Virus record (IMG/VR): IMGVR_UViG_3300029922_000031
Span: 32,001-96,000 of that record
DNA: 64,000 nt
Strand: one strand, 5' to 3'
Source of the DNA: a virus
Part shown: in pieces, positions 54,552 to 63,343 of the stretch
How the letters are laid out: each line of letters begins with the position of its first letter
Numbering within the stretch: the stretch's first letter is position 1
Position numbers and translations under genes: made by a program
The notes under the pieces: model-generated
The model's database searches: none
Seen by the model: the letters and a program-made list of their open reading frames with translations, nothing else
Told to the model about the DNA's origin: nothing

Positions 54552-56345
54552 TTATGCAGTCCGACTCGTCACCTGTCCTTGGCGCTTACTCGTCTGCGAA
54601 TTCTTCTTGGCGGGCGGCTTGCCACCGGCCGGGGGTTCAACTTGAGTTTGAGGCTGAATCGCCGGCGTCTCTGAGTCGGTCAGCTTGGCCGGGAACGTCG
54701 CGGTCGGATTGCCGGAGAGGACGCCGTTGATCTGAATCTTGTCGGCTTCCGTGATCGGCCAGGCGTCGAGATCGGCGAGCATCCGCTTCTTCAGATCCGC
54801 CTTGAGAGACGGGAAGAGCTTGTCGATGATCTGCTTCATCTGCTCCTGACGAACCGACGGCGGGGCATCGATCAGCTTAAGATTCTCGGCGACCGTGAAT
54901 TCGTCGTAGAGCGAGCGAACGTCGAACGTGTCGGCGTATTTGACCAAGCCGTTCTGACCTTCTTCCTGATCCGGGTCGAGATAGTCGCCAGGCTTCTCGC
55001 CATTCCAGGCCGCTAGAAGCTCGACGATCGCGTTCTCGGCGTTCTGTAGCGCCTCGGATTTTGTCGTCAGCAGACTGTTCAGCCGCTCAAAGTCGTAAGC
55101 CTTGGCGACGCCGGAGGAATTGTCGATACCGACGGCGTTGTCCTGCTTGGTGCGCTCGCCGCCCATGCCAACCGAGTGATAGATCTCGTTGATGATCTTG
55201 TTCACCACCGTAACGATGACCTCGGCCTGCTTGACGTCCGGGCTGAGATAGAAGGGCGCCGCGCCGTTCTCGCCGTCGTAAAGAAAGACCCGCTTGGTCC
55301 CCATCTCACGAATCTGCTCGTACTTGTCGTCGCCAGGCAGCACGTTCTGAGCCGGCATCGCAAGCTGCGAGAAGGTTTGATCTTGAATGATCGCGTCGAG
55401 ATTGGAGAGATAGTTGGCGGTCGCGCGGTCTAGGTAGGCGATGTCGGCGATCAGTGCGGGCGCCGAGTATTTGCTGTCACCCACGACGTTGCGGAGCGGA
55501 ATGCATGGGACGCGGCCAATCGTCACGAGCCCCTGATCGACCAATTTGACAACGACCCTGTTGCTCTTGTCGGCCTGAAGAACATAGGGAAGGACGCCGG
55601 GCAGCGTGAGTTGCTGAATGGCGCCCTGAGCCGGCTGAATCATGTTGAAGGAGGTCGATGGCGCCGTCGTGCCATCCGGCTTCATGTCGGCGTTGTCGGT
55701 AATCTCGAACAGATACCAGGAGTCTTCCGTCCACAAACGATAGCGGAAGCGAACGATGCCGGTCGATCTGATCGGGTCGGCGTCGTCTCGAACTCGTTCG
55801 CGCACCAGCATCCATTGCAGCGTGCCAGCTTCGGAGAAGCCAGCATCGAGCACATCTTGCGGTTTGACGACGTAAATGTAACAGCCGGAGCCGCTCGCCT
55901 GCTCGTCGGCCTTGGTCAGAACGGCCTCGCTCTTGCTGGAATCGACGAATAGCCAGACCAGTCCAAGCGTTGACGCCTTGGTCGAAGCCAGGCGCATGAA
56001 TTGCTCGATATTGAGCCCATCGAGCGTCGCCTTGCGCCAGAACTTCAAAACGTAGTCGGGCGCGTCGCCCCAATTGCGAGCGACAGGGCTCTTGAAGATG
56101 TATTTCTGAATGAGATCAACCACTTCGCGGGTGTGGTTGAAACGATAGGCGCGCTCGACGCGCTCGTCGTATTCCTGATCGCCCTCTTTCACATAGCGAA
56201 AGATGTTGCCGCGAAACCAGACGCGACCGCCCTCGTAAGTCTCCTCGCAGAAAGTCCAGTGAGAGTGCAGGCGATCGTAGTCCGGGTGGCGACGCGCTAG
56301 AAAGTCTTGCAGCGTCTTCTGGTCGGCTACATCAATCGTAAGCAT
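54552..56345 (-). CDS. Portal protein
   Basis: RHPDY...YEGG...RA..FN, SGVAKAYDF; follows terL. Confidence 0.9.
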   Translation of the reverse strand: MLTIDVADQKTLQDFLARRHPDYDRLHSHWTFCEETYEGGRVWFRGNIFRYVKEGDQEYDERVERAYRFNHTREVVDLIQKYIFKSPVARNWGDAPDYVLKFWRKATLDGLNIEQFMRLASTKASTLGLVWLFVDSSKSEAVLTKADEQASGSGCYIYVVKPQDVLDAGFSEAGTLQWMLVRERVRDDADPIRSTGIVRFRYRLWTEDSWYLFEITDNADMKPDGTTAPSTSFNMIQPAQGAIQQLTLPGVLPYVLQADKSNRVVVKLVDQGLVTIGRVPCIPLRNVVGDSKYSAPALIADIAYLDRATANYLSNLDAIIQDQTFSQLAMPAQNVLPGDDKYEQIREMGTKRVFLYDGENGAAPFYLSPDVKQAEVIVTVVNKIINEIYHSVGMGGERTKQDNAVGIDNSSGVAKAYDFERLNSLLTTKSEALQNAENAIVELLAAWNGEKPGDYLDPDQEEGQNGLVKYADTFDVRSLYDEFTVAENLKLIDAPPSVRQEQMKQIIDKLFPSLKADLKKRMLADLDAWPITEADKIQINGVLSGNPTATFPAKLTDSETPAIQPQTQVEPPAGGKPPAKKNSQTSKRQGQVTSRTA

Positions 56346-56399
56346 GAGACTCTCTCAGATTCGTCGCCAAGATAAATCAGTTTTGACTGTAAATCAAGA

Positions 56400-58121
56400 T
56401 CAACGGGAAACGCCCGCGATCTCGATCTTGCGAACGGGATACTCGAGATCGATGCAATAGCCGACCGCGTCCGCGGCGTGTTCGATGTTCATCGTCTTGT
56501 CGACCTCACGGGTGCCGGGCTTGTAGATGACCTGCTCGAAAGCCGTGATTGTGTGCTTGCAGCCCTGGTCAACCCGCATCCGGATCGTGCCGTCGGCCGT
56601 CTTGAACATACGGTTGGTGGCGTTGATACGATCGGAGACCTTGGGAGACTTGCGGCGGTATTTCAGCCGAATGAAGCCGGCATCGCGCATGATGTCGAGA
56701 TCCGATTCGCCGCGAGCATGACCGCGCTGCTGGCCCGCCGGGTCAGGATAGATCGTGGTCTGCTTGAGGTGACGGAAGAACTTCTCGCCCAGCTTATCTG
56801 AGGCTTCCTGGGTGTTCGAACCGAATAGCACGACCTCATCGACGATCCAAACCTCGCCGTTGAGTTGAGGCTGCATGATGATCGAGGTCATCGGGTCGAT
56901 GTTGAAGTCCTGCCCTATCCAGATCGGTAGCTTCGGGTTGAATAGATAGTTGCCGACGTGGAGCTTGCGGTCGAAGGCGTGATAGACGCGACCGGACATT
57001 GTCTCGAAGGAGTTGAAGTTGTTGGCGCCGCTCGCCAAAACGTAACTGTGGTCATGACTATCCACGAGCATGTTCATGACCGAAACAGGCTCTGCTCTAA
57101 AAGATCGATTAACGACCTCGAGGCTGAGAAGACCGAGTTCTGGCAGCCAACGCTCTTTCAGCCATTCTGAAAAGTGCGGAAAAGAATGACCCGCGGTTGA
57201 ACTTCGACCAGCGTCGATATCCCTCAATAGGCGATGCGCCGCGCCGCGCGTCAGCCCAATCGCGGCGCCGATCTTTTCATAGGGGTAGCCATCGGCACGC
57301 ATGTCGAGCGCCGTCTCACGTCGAAACTCGGCCTTAACCCGATATGCCTTTAGATATTTCGACCATTGCCAGCCGAGAAGCTCCTTCGCATCGCAATAGG
57401 CGAAGCCAATCTTATCGAAGAAGACGACGATGCCGGCTGTGCCGTCGTTCACCCGCAACCAATACGTCTTGTAGTCGTCGCCAGTCGCCGAGACCGACAT
57501 CGTCACCCCAAGATCGAGCGCCATCGTCTGAAGTTGGTCGAAAAACGCCTGACCATCGAAGCCGGCCGCCTTGCACATGTTAAGAGCTGGTAGTCGCGGC
57601 ATTCGAGACTTACCGCTAATGTCGTGCGCCGGCGCTGTCCCTTCCGCGCCGAATAAAGCGGCAAGATAGGCACGCTTCACCGCAACGTCGCCATTGATGA
57701 TCCAGTCCGGCACTAGAAAACTCTGTCGAACCTTAGCGCCGATCGGCACGCCAAAGTCGGCGAGATAGCGACAGTCGCTCTCGCCGAGCTGAATCTGATA
57801 GCCGTCTTTCAAATGCGCCGCAGATGTCTTCTTTGAACAAACCGTGACGCCGTCACAAAGACCAAGCGATTGAAGATCGCTCAAAATCGCCTTTAGATCA
57901 TCTCGCTCATTGCTGTAGAATGCACCCTGCATTCTAGGGTAGAGCGAAATTGAGCCATCTCGCTTTGTGTATTTAGAATGAGAAAGCACGATCGTGCCGT
58001 CGCCGGTCATATAACCAACAAGCGCAGCAAGCTTCTCGTCGCCGGTGCGCGGCGCGTAGAGTGTAGGCGAAATCTCGATACGCTCAATCTCATCAAGCGC
58101 GATCTTATGAGGCGTCAGCAC
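56400..58121 (-). CDS. terL: Terminase large subunit C-part: intein-C with LAGLIDADG endonuclease, then nuclease extein
   Basis: LVGYMTGDG, YLAALFGAEG, HDHSYVLASGANNFN|SFETMSGRVY, GQDFN, YPDPAG, HAADA; in-frame GTG at 58121 with AAGG SD. Confidence 0.88.
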   Translation of the reverse strand: MLTPHKIALDEIERIEISPTLYAPRTGDEKLAALVGYMTGDGTIVLSHSKYTKRDGSISLYPRMQGAFYSNERDDLKAILSDLQSLGLCDGVTVCSKKTSAAHLKDGYQIQLGESDCRYLADFGVPIGAKVRQSFLVPDWIINGDVAVKRAYLAALFGAEGTAPAHDISGKSRMPRLPALNMCKAAGFDGQAFFDQLQTMALDLGVTMSVSATGDDYKTYWLRVNDGTAGIVVFFDKIGFAYCDAKELLGWQWSKYLKAYRVKAEFRRETALDMRADGYPYEKIGAAIGLTRGAAHRLLRDIDAGRSSTAGHSFPHFSEWLKERWLPELGLLSLEVVNRSFRAEPVSVMNMLVDSHDHSYVLASGANNFNSFETMSGRVYHAFDRKLHVGNYLFNPKLPIWIGQDFNIDPMTSIIMQPQLNGEVWIVDEVVLFGSNTQEASDKLGEKFFRHLKQTTIYPDPAGQQRGHARGESDLDIMRDAGFIRLKYRRKSPKVSDRINATNRMFKTADGTIRMRVDQGCKHTITAFEQVIYKPGTREVDKTMNIEHAADAVGYCIDLEYPVRKIEIAGVSR

Positions 58122-58344
58122 GGTGAACCTTGAATTTATGATGTGCGCTGGCTGAGATGATCTCGCCAGTCTCCAGTATAACGTCACAAATTATTTTGCG
58201 CCCCGTTTCACCGATACGCAATACGCTTGTTGGAATTCTTTCGCCGTCGGGTGTAATATGGATTAGTTCGTCACCAAAACGAATATCCCGAATAGCCTTA
58301 ACTTCACCATTCCACATGCGAACTTGCGTCTCAAGCAGATGACA
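57012..58344 (-). mobile_element. Intein with LAGLIDADG homing endonuclease, discontinuous across two reading frames
   Basis: Cys1 at 58344 after FRQEFEA; terminal Asn at 57014-57012 before Ser+1; visibly lower GC. Confidence 0.9.
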
Positions 58345-59064
58345 CGCCTCGAACTCCTGACGGAACGACTTTTCATCCATATCGCCGCGGGCCGCTTCGA
58401 TTTCTTCGGGCGGGATGAACGGCGAGGTGATCGTCGGGAACTGCCAGCTTCTCCAGGGATTGACCCGCCAGATCTTCTCCTTGCGATCGAAATAGTTGTC
58501 GCCGCGCTGGCCGAGCATGTAGACGTCGTAGAGCCAGTTGAAGCTCTTCGGGGTGCCGATGATGATCGCGTCGCCGCCGGTCGAGGCCAGCGTCGCGCGC
58601 AGCACCAAATACCAGGTGTCGGGCCGCACGTCCTGCGCCTCGTCGATCACGACCAGGTCGAGAGCGGTGCCGCGGAGCGTATCCGGCTTGTCGGCGCCCT
58701 TGCACTCGATGATCGTCCCATTGGCGAGGAAGATCGTCATCAGGGTTTCGTTGATCTTGACGATCAGCCCGCGCGGGATCGTATCGATCAGCTCGCGCCA
58801 CATAATGCCGCGCGCCATTCGATAGGTCGGCGCGACGTACCAGATGAGTTTCTTGGGCTTGCGGGCAGCGATCAGAATCGCATTGCGGGCACAGGCGGTC
58901 TTTCCCCATCGGCGGCCGGCGACAATGACGCGGAAGCGCCGACGATCATTTAGAACCGTAGCCTGGCCGGAATGCACGAATAGACGCTTGGCGTCAGCGC
59001 GCAACGCCCCGCGAAACGCGCGCCAAGCGACCTTTTCAGCCTTCATTGCAGCCGACAGAGCCAT
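58105..59064 (-). CDS. terL: Terminase large subunit N-part (ATPase) + 79-aa intein-N
   Basis: AGRRWGKT, VVIDE, IGTP, FRQEFEA|CHLLETQV...SAHHKF. Confidence 0.92.
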   Translation of the reverse strand: MALSAAMKAEKVAWRAFRGALRADAKRLFVHSGQATVLNDRRRFRVIVAGRRWGKTACARNAILIAARKPKKLIWYVAPTYRMARGIMWRELIDTIPRGLIVKINETLMTIFLANGTIIECKGADKPDTLRGTALDLVVIDEAQDVRPDTWYLVLRATLASTGGDAIIIGTPKSFNWLYDVYMLGQRGDNYFDRKEKIWRVNPWRSWQFPTITSPFIPPEEIEAARGDMDEKSFRQEFEACHLLETQVRMWNGEVKAIRDIRFGDELIHITPDGERIPTSVLRIGETGRKIICDVILETGEIISASAHHKFKVHRADAS

Positions 59065-59750
59065 TAGCTCTCTTCCTCGATCACATCGTCGTCGAGGGAA
59101 GGAAGTTCCTCATCGTCGTTCTGCTGGCTCTTGCGCGCCGCAATGATCTCGTCGTCGCCCATGTAGCGAATGTCGATCTGCGGCAGCTCCTTCTCATCGA
59201 TCTGGTCGTCGATGCCGAGCAGGCGACGCATCGCTTCATCGATCACGACGATGGTGCGCGCGGCGCCATTCGCCTCTTTTACCGTCGGCCCGACGCCGCC
59301 GCTGGCGAGGTCTTCGCGCCAGTGCTTCTGTCGAACACCTTCAATTATCATGGCGCTACGGAGCTGAGCGTAAGCCGAAAGCTTGTGCTCCTCGATGTAT
59401 TTGAGCCGGCGATCGGCGAAAGTCTCCTTGATCTCAGCTTCTTTGGAGGCCGCGGCCGCGGCAACTTCGGCCTCGCGCGCGAGCTTTCGGCAAGCGAAGG
59501 TGATCTTCGCCTGGCGCAGGAGTTTCGAGACGTATTGAACGGAGATGCCGAACTTTAGAGCGCAGGCGCTAGGCTTGGTCAGACCCTCTGCGACCTGGTC
59601 ACGGATCCACTGACGGTCCGCAGGGGTGGTTTTGCCCATCCCGGCGACAAAGACGCGCTTCTCCTCTTCCGGAGCCGCAGCGATCTCTTTTTCGAGCTCC
59701 GCGTCATCGGAAGCTGATACGCTCTCCGCAAGCCCTTCCTCTTCACTCAT
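59064..59750 (-). CDS. terS: Terminase small subunit (HTH)
   Basis: HTH (CALKFGISVQYVSKLL); stop overlaps the terL start. Confidence 0.7.
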   Translation of the reverse strand: MSEEEGLAESVSASDDAELEKEIAAAPEEEKRVFVAGMGKTTPADRQWIRDQVAEGLTKPSACALKFGISVQYVSKLLRQAKITFACRKLAREAEVAAAAASKEAEIKETFADRRLKYIEEHKLSAYAQLRSAMIIEGVRQKHWREDLASGGVGPTVKEANGAARTIVVIDEAMRRLLGIDDQIDEKELPQIDIRYMGDDEIIAARKSQQNDDEELPSLDDDVIEEES

Positions 59751-59802
59751 AACAAGTCCAATCAAAACTGACTGATGATAACACATCCCGGAGGATGTCC
59801 AT

Positions 59803-59870
59803 GTCCGTCCTCTCAATACTTACTAATAACTGTTAGTGATTAGTAGTTAGTACTTATTGAGAGGCTGGAC
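59803..59870. repeat. 16-bp imperfect inverted repeat around a 36-bp AT-rich core
   Basis: GTCCGTCCTCTCAATA ... TATTGAGAGGCTGGAC (14/16). Confidence 0.8.
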
Positions 59871-59878
59871 GCGGATTG

Positions 59879-60181
59879 TTAGAATTCCGCGTCCGGAATG
59901 GGCTTGAAACGCCTATAGGCGGCCGGGGTTGGTTTGATGAAGCACTTCATTCCCGGCTTCTCTGGTCCATGATTCTTACCGTAGACCAGTTCCACGGCGC
60001 CGTGATCACGCAAATAGCGTAGGGAGCAGCTAATTGCGGCCTTAGATACCTTCGGACCATAGGATAGCGCCGCTTTCAGCTCGTCGAGCGACGGAATCTG
60101 CCCCTTACCGAGAAAATTGAAGACGGTGCGAAGGATCTCGGCCTGCTTGTCCGTCGGGTCGAAGTTGTCGAGACTGCTCAT
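59879..60181 (-). CDS. Winged-helix DNA-binding protein (LexA-N-like)
   Basis: TDKQAEIL...PSLDEL...SKAAI...LRYLRDHG. Confidence 0.75.
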   Translation of the reverse strand: MSSLDNFDPTDKQAEILRTVFNFLGKGQIPSLDELKAALSYGPKVSKAAISCSLRYLRDHGAVELVYGKNHGPEKPGMKCFIKPTPAAYRRFKPIPDAEF

Positions 60182-61086
60182 GAAAGTACCAGGGGCTCAG
60201 TTGGGGGTTGGCGATCGAAAGTGTTCAGTGCGAGCTCTGCGGGAAGCGCCCTACCCCGGTCCGGGTTCTTGAAGACGCCGTACATCGGGCTGGCGAGCAC
60301 CATCTGCTGGATGTTCTTGATCAGGGCGTGATCCGTCATGCCGTCGACGCGGGATGTGCCCTTACCCTTGTTGACGCCCGTCTTCTCCATGTGGGAGTGG
60401 CGATAATAGAAGGTCCGGCACTCGGCGATGAGCTTTTCGCGCTCCAGACCGGTCTTGGAGCTGAGCTCGTCGACGATCGCCTCGTAATCTTGCGGGCTGG
60501 CGACGAAATTCTCGCGGAAGAAGCGAATCCCGACGTCGAATTTGTTGGAATTCAGCGGTGTCACGAAGCGAAAGCCGGCCTTCTGACCAAAATGGTTGAA
60601 TTTCGACATAGACGACTGAATCTCCATGAAGGTGTTGCCCTCCATGCGTGCGACCAGATTCATCATCCGGTAGCCGCAGCCAATGCCGCGGTACATCGTG
60701 TCGAACACGAAGCGACCGATGACGCGAAAGTTGTCGTTGATGAAGACGTAGCGCTGCGTGTTGACGATCTTGGTGTCGCCGCCTTTGGGCTTGAGCTTTG
60801 GGAAGGCGATGTGGCGCTCCTTCAGGAGACCCTTGGGCAGCCCGGTGACGATGACGCCGATGGTCTCGCCATGTAGCGTGGTCTTCCAATATCGGGCTCC
60901 CATCGGGATGCCCTCGGCCTTGTAGTGCAGGTGATGCAGCAATTCCCAGTCGCTCTTGTCGCCCCTGCTGACGATCATGTCGTCTAACAGCGAGAAACGA
61001 GCGCTGGGGTGCATCCGTCGTTCGAGACGTGCATCGCAAGCCCCAGACTCGAGATACTCGTCAGTGAGCTTCTCTGTGAATGTCAC
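60178..61086 (-). CDS. GNAT-fold acyltransferase-like protein
   Basis: HLHY, RVIGRFVFDTMYRGIGCG (motif A), FGQKAGF; GTG 61086 overlaps the upstream TGA. Confidence 0.75.
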   Translation of the reverse strand: MTFTEKLTDEYLESGACDARLERRMHPSARFSLLDDMIVSRGDKSDWELLHHLHYKAEGIPMGARYWKTTLHGETIGVIVTGLPKGLLKERHIAFPKLKPKGGDTKIVNTQRYVFINDNFRVIGRFVFDTMYRGIGCGYRMMNLVARMEGNTFMEIQSSMSKFNHFGQKAGFRFVTPLNSNKFDVGIRFFRENFVASPQDYEAIVDELSSKTGLEREKLIAECRTFYYRHSHMEKTGVNKGKGTSRVDGMTDHALIKNIQQMVLASPMYGVFKNPDRGRALPAELALNTFDRQPPTEPLVLS

Positions 61087-61328
61087 GGCAGCGTGCGCCG
61101 ATCGATGAAGAACTCCACGTAGAGGGCATAGCCGCCGCGGAAATAGAGCCACAGCCGGCGCCCACTCCATTCGGGGTGCGGTTCCAGGTACGGATTGAGA
61201 CGACACAAGGTCATCGCCATGATGCGCGGCATCGACTTCGCGCCATGATGCGTCCCCTCACGCTCCCAGTGAGAGAGGCTTCCGTTGATCTTCAGGGACC
61301 AGCGGCGTCGCTTGATTAGGGTGATCAC
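61083..61328 (-). CDS. Hypothetical protein (81 aa)
   Basis: GTGA overlaps at both ends. Confidence 0.5.
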   Translation of the reverse strand: MITLIKRRRWSLKINGSLSHWEREGTHHGAKSMPRIMAMTLCRLNPYLEPHPEWSGRRLWLYFRGGYALYVEFFIDRRTLP

Positions 61329-62074
61329 AGCGCGCGTATCTCCTCTACTTGACCGCAGTGAACGCACAGCCGTGGATAGGTCTGGTTCATGGATCGCGAA
61401 TAGATGTGTCGACCGCCCTGCCCCGAGCACTCCTTCGATTCGGCCTTCTTGAGCCGGATCTTCTCGCGAAAGTGCTTCGTCACCATTAGAGTCGGCGCGA
61501 GCTCCATCTCGAGATCGGTGTGCGTGGTAGCGACGATCAGGGTCTTCTTGAGGGCTCGGGCGACCTTCTGGATATTGAAGGCGATGATTCGGGCTGTCAC
61601 GCGATCGAGCACGGCGCCGAACTCGTCAGCGACCCAGACGTCGTGCCCTTTAGACATCAGTGAGGCGAGCTTCAGCCGATAGCGTTGACCATCGGAGAGC
61701 TCCGAAGGCTTGCGCAGATAGAGATAGGCGTCCGAGATCCCGGCCTTGGCGAGGAAGTCGGCGGCGATCGTCGTCGTCTCGCCGAGCAGGTCGATGACCG
61801 GTTGATTCCCCAGCTCGATCTTGTCGAGGTCGGCGACGGTTAGCCCGCCGGCGCGCATCTGAGCGGCCAGATCCTTCAGCAGGAGTGACTTCCCGGAGCC
61901 GGACTGACCGGTGATGTAGACGACGTCGCCAGCGTTCACCTCGATCTCGAAGTGATCGTAAACGATGAACTCCTTCTCGGAGAGTCCGAGCCCGAAGCCT
62001 TCGGCGATCTCCAGCACGCGCGGGGTGCGCTCGACGGAGGTGGTGAATCGCTTGTCGACGACGTATTTCATCAA
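61325..62074 (-). CDS. Soluble ABC-type ATPase
   Basis: GQSGSGKS, LSDGQ, ADEF, ATTH; C-terminal C...H...CVHC. Confidence 0.9.
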   Translation of the reverse strand: MMKYVVDKRFTTSVERTPRVLEIAEGFGLGLSEKEFIVYDHFEIEVNAGDVVYITGQSGSGKSLLLKDLAAQMRAGGLTVADLDKIELGNQPVIDLLGETTTIAADFLAKAGISDAYLYLRKPSELSDGQRYRLKLASLMSKGHDVWVADEFGAVLDRVTARIIAFNIQKVARALKKTLIVATTHTDLEMELAPTLMVTKHFREKIRLKKAESKECSGQGGRHIYSRSMNQTYPRLCVHCGQVEEIRAL

Positions 62075-62442
62075 ACCGGCTCGTTTTCGATGTCGTTGAT
62101 GACTTCCGCGATCGTCGGATAGGATGCCCGAGCCCAGAACTTCAGGTCATCTTCGATCAGAAAGAGGCCGCCGAGGAACTTTATCGCGGTGTGAACCGGG
62201 TCAGGCTCTCTCGCCGGCAGCCCCGTCCAGCGCATGAATCCGCCAGATTTCTGGTTCCACGAAATCATGGCGATACCGGTCAGTTCGCCGGCCTCCGCCA
62301 TCTCGAGCGCGTTCTTCAGCGCGTCGATGAGAACGGAATCGGCCTCCTTCACAGCGCTTGGCTCGATCTGCGGGTCGACATAGGGGATCGGCATGATCTT
62401 CTGGCCAGCTTTGAAGTTGATCACGTTATCATTGGACATCAA
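62071..62442 (-). CDS. Hypothetical protein
   Basis: LKNALEMAEAGELTGIA; translationally coupled. Confidence 0.7.
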   Translation of the reverse strand: MMSNDNVINFKAGQKIMPIPYVDPQIEPSAVKEADSVLIDALKNALEMAEAGELTGIAMISWNQKSGGFMRWTGLPAREPDPVHTAIKFLGGLFLIEDDLKFWARASYPTIAEVINDIENEPV

Positions 62443-62460
62443 TCAATCCTGATTTATCAG

Positions 62461-63138
62461 TTACTTCGCGGAAATCTTGATCTCGTCGAAATAGGCCATC
62501 AGTGCGAGCGCACCGGTCTTGCCGGTGTCGACTTCGATCTGGGTCATGAACGCCTTGACGCGCCGGCTCTGCGCGATCGTGAATCGCTTGAAGCCGAACG
62601 CCTTGGCGAGCGGTGCGTCCTGCTCGTCGACCAGGGCCTGCTTATCGGCGTTGGTCGTCTTCTGATGTTCGACGGCGCTCGAAATATCGTCAATGAAGGC
62701 GCTTTCGTCGAGCTCGCCGATCTTGTCCTGAAGGAATGCCAGCTCTTGCTCATTGAAATTGAGCGAAAGCAGGTCGTAGCCGAGATCCTTGAGGTCGTAG
62801 ATTTCGGTCTGAATCATCTGGGTGTCGTAGTCGGTCGAGGCAGCCCGGTTGTCGGCCAGGCGCAGGGCGCGCGTCTCGGCATCGGAGATGTCGAGCACCA
62901 GCGCCGGGACCTTCTTCAGGCCCATCTTGATCGCCGCCAGGCGTCGGCCATGGCCGGCGATGATTGAACCGGTCGTCTTCTGAATGACGATCGGCTGCGT
63001 CCAGCCAAACTGCTGGATCAGCTTGATCAGCCCGTCGATCTGCTCATCGGAGTGCTTCTTGGCGTTATTTTCGTACGGAACGAGCTTGGCGACGTCCCAG
63101 AGTTCGATTGTGCCGTTGTCGGGAATCTTGGACGTCAT
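62461..63138 (-). CDS. ParB/Srx N-terminal domain protein
   Basis: LVPYENNAKKH, FGWTQPI, IIAGHGRRLAA, LRLADNR. Confidence 0.92.
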   Translation of the reverse strand: MTSKIPDNGTIELWDVAKLVPYENNAKKHSDEQIDGLIKLIQQFGWTQPIVIQKTTGSIIAGHGRRLAAIKMGLKKVPALVLDISDAETRALRLADNRAASTDYDTQMIQTEIYDLKDLGYDLLSLNFNEQELAFLQDKIGELDESAFIDDISSAVEHQKTTNADKQALVDEQDAPLAKAFGFKRFTIAQSRRVKAFMTQIEVDTGKTGALALMAYFDEIKISAK

Positions 63139-63139
63139 G

Positions 63140-63343
63140 TCAGTCTCGCGATTTGGAAAGGAAGCTGTCGGCGTAGGGGTCGAGTTCCTCGACGGTGCCC
63201 TCGAAGTTCTCGCCAACGCCGCAGTCACCGCAGGCTTTATTGGTGTTTCCGGGCTTGAAGAACTTGCACTCCGGGCAATCGTCGAAGCGCGGCTCGGTGG
63301 CGGCAGTGATCTTTCGACGGGCCTGGCGGCGGGGCTTACTCAT
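63140..63343 (-). CDS. Small Cys-rich protein
   Basis: CPECKFF...CGDC. Confidence 0.65.
   Translation of the reverse strand: MSKPRRQARRKITAATEPRFDDCPECKFFKPGNTNKACGDCGVGENFEGTVEELDPYADSFLSKSRD

Noticed and set aside
58122-58187. ORF-track start at 58187 for the terL C-part
   Set aside because: It overlaps intein block B in another frame; GTG 58121 has an SD and better fits translational coupling
56400-59064. terL as a decayed pseudogene
   Set aside because: Not excluded, but all ATPase, nuclease, splice-junction and LAGLIDADG motifs are intact and there is an SD plus start codon at the break
61325-62074. ABC transporter
   Set aside because: No membrane or substrate-binding subunits nearby
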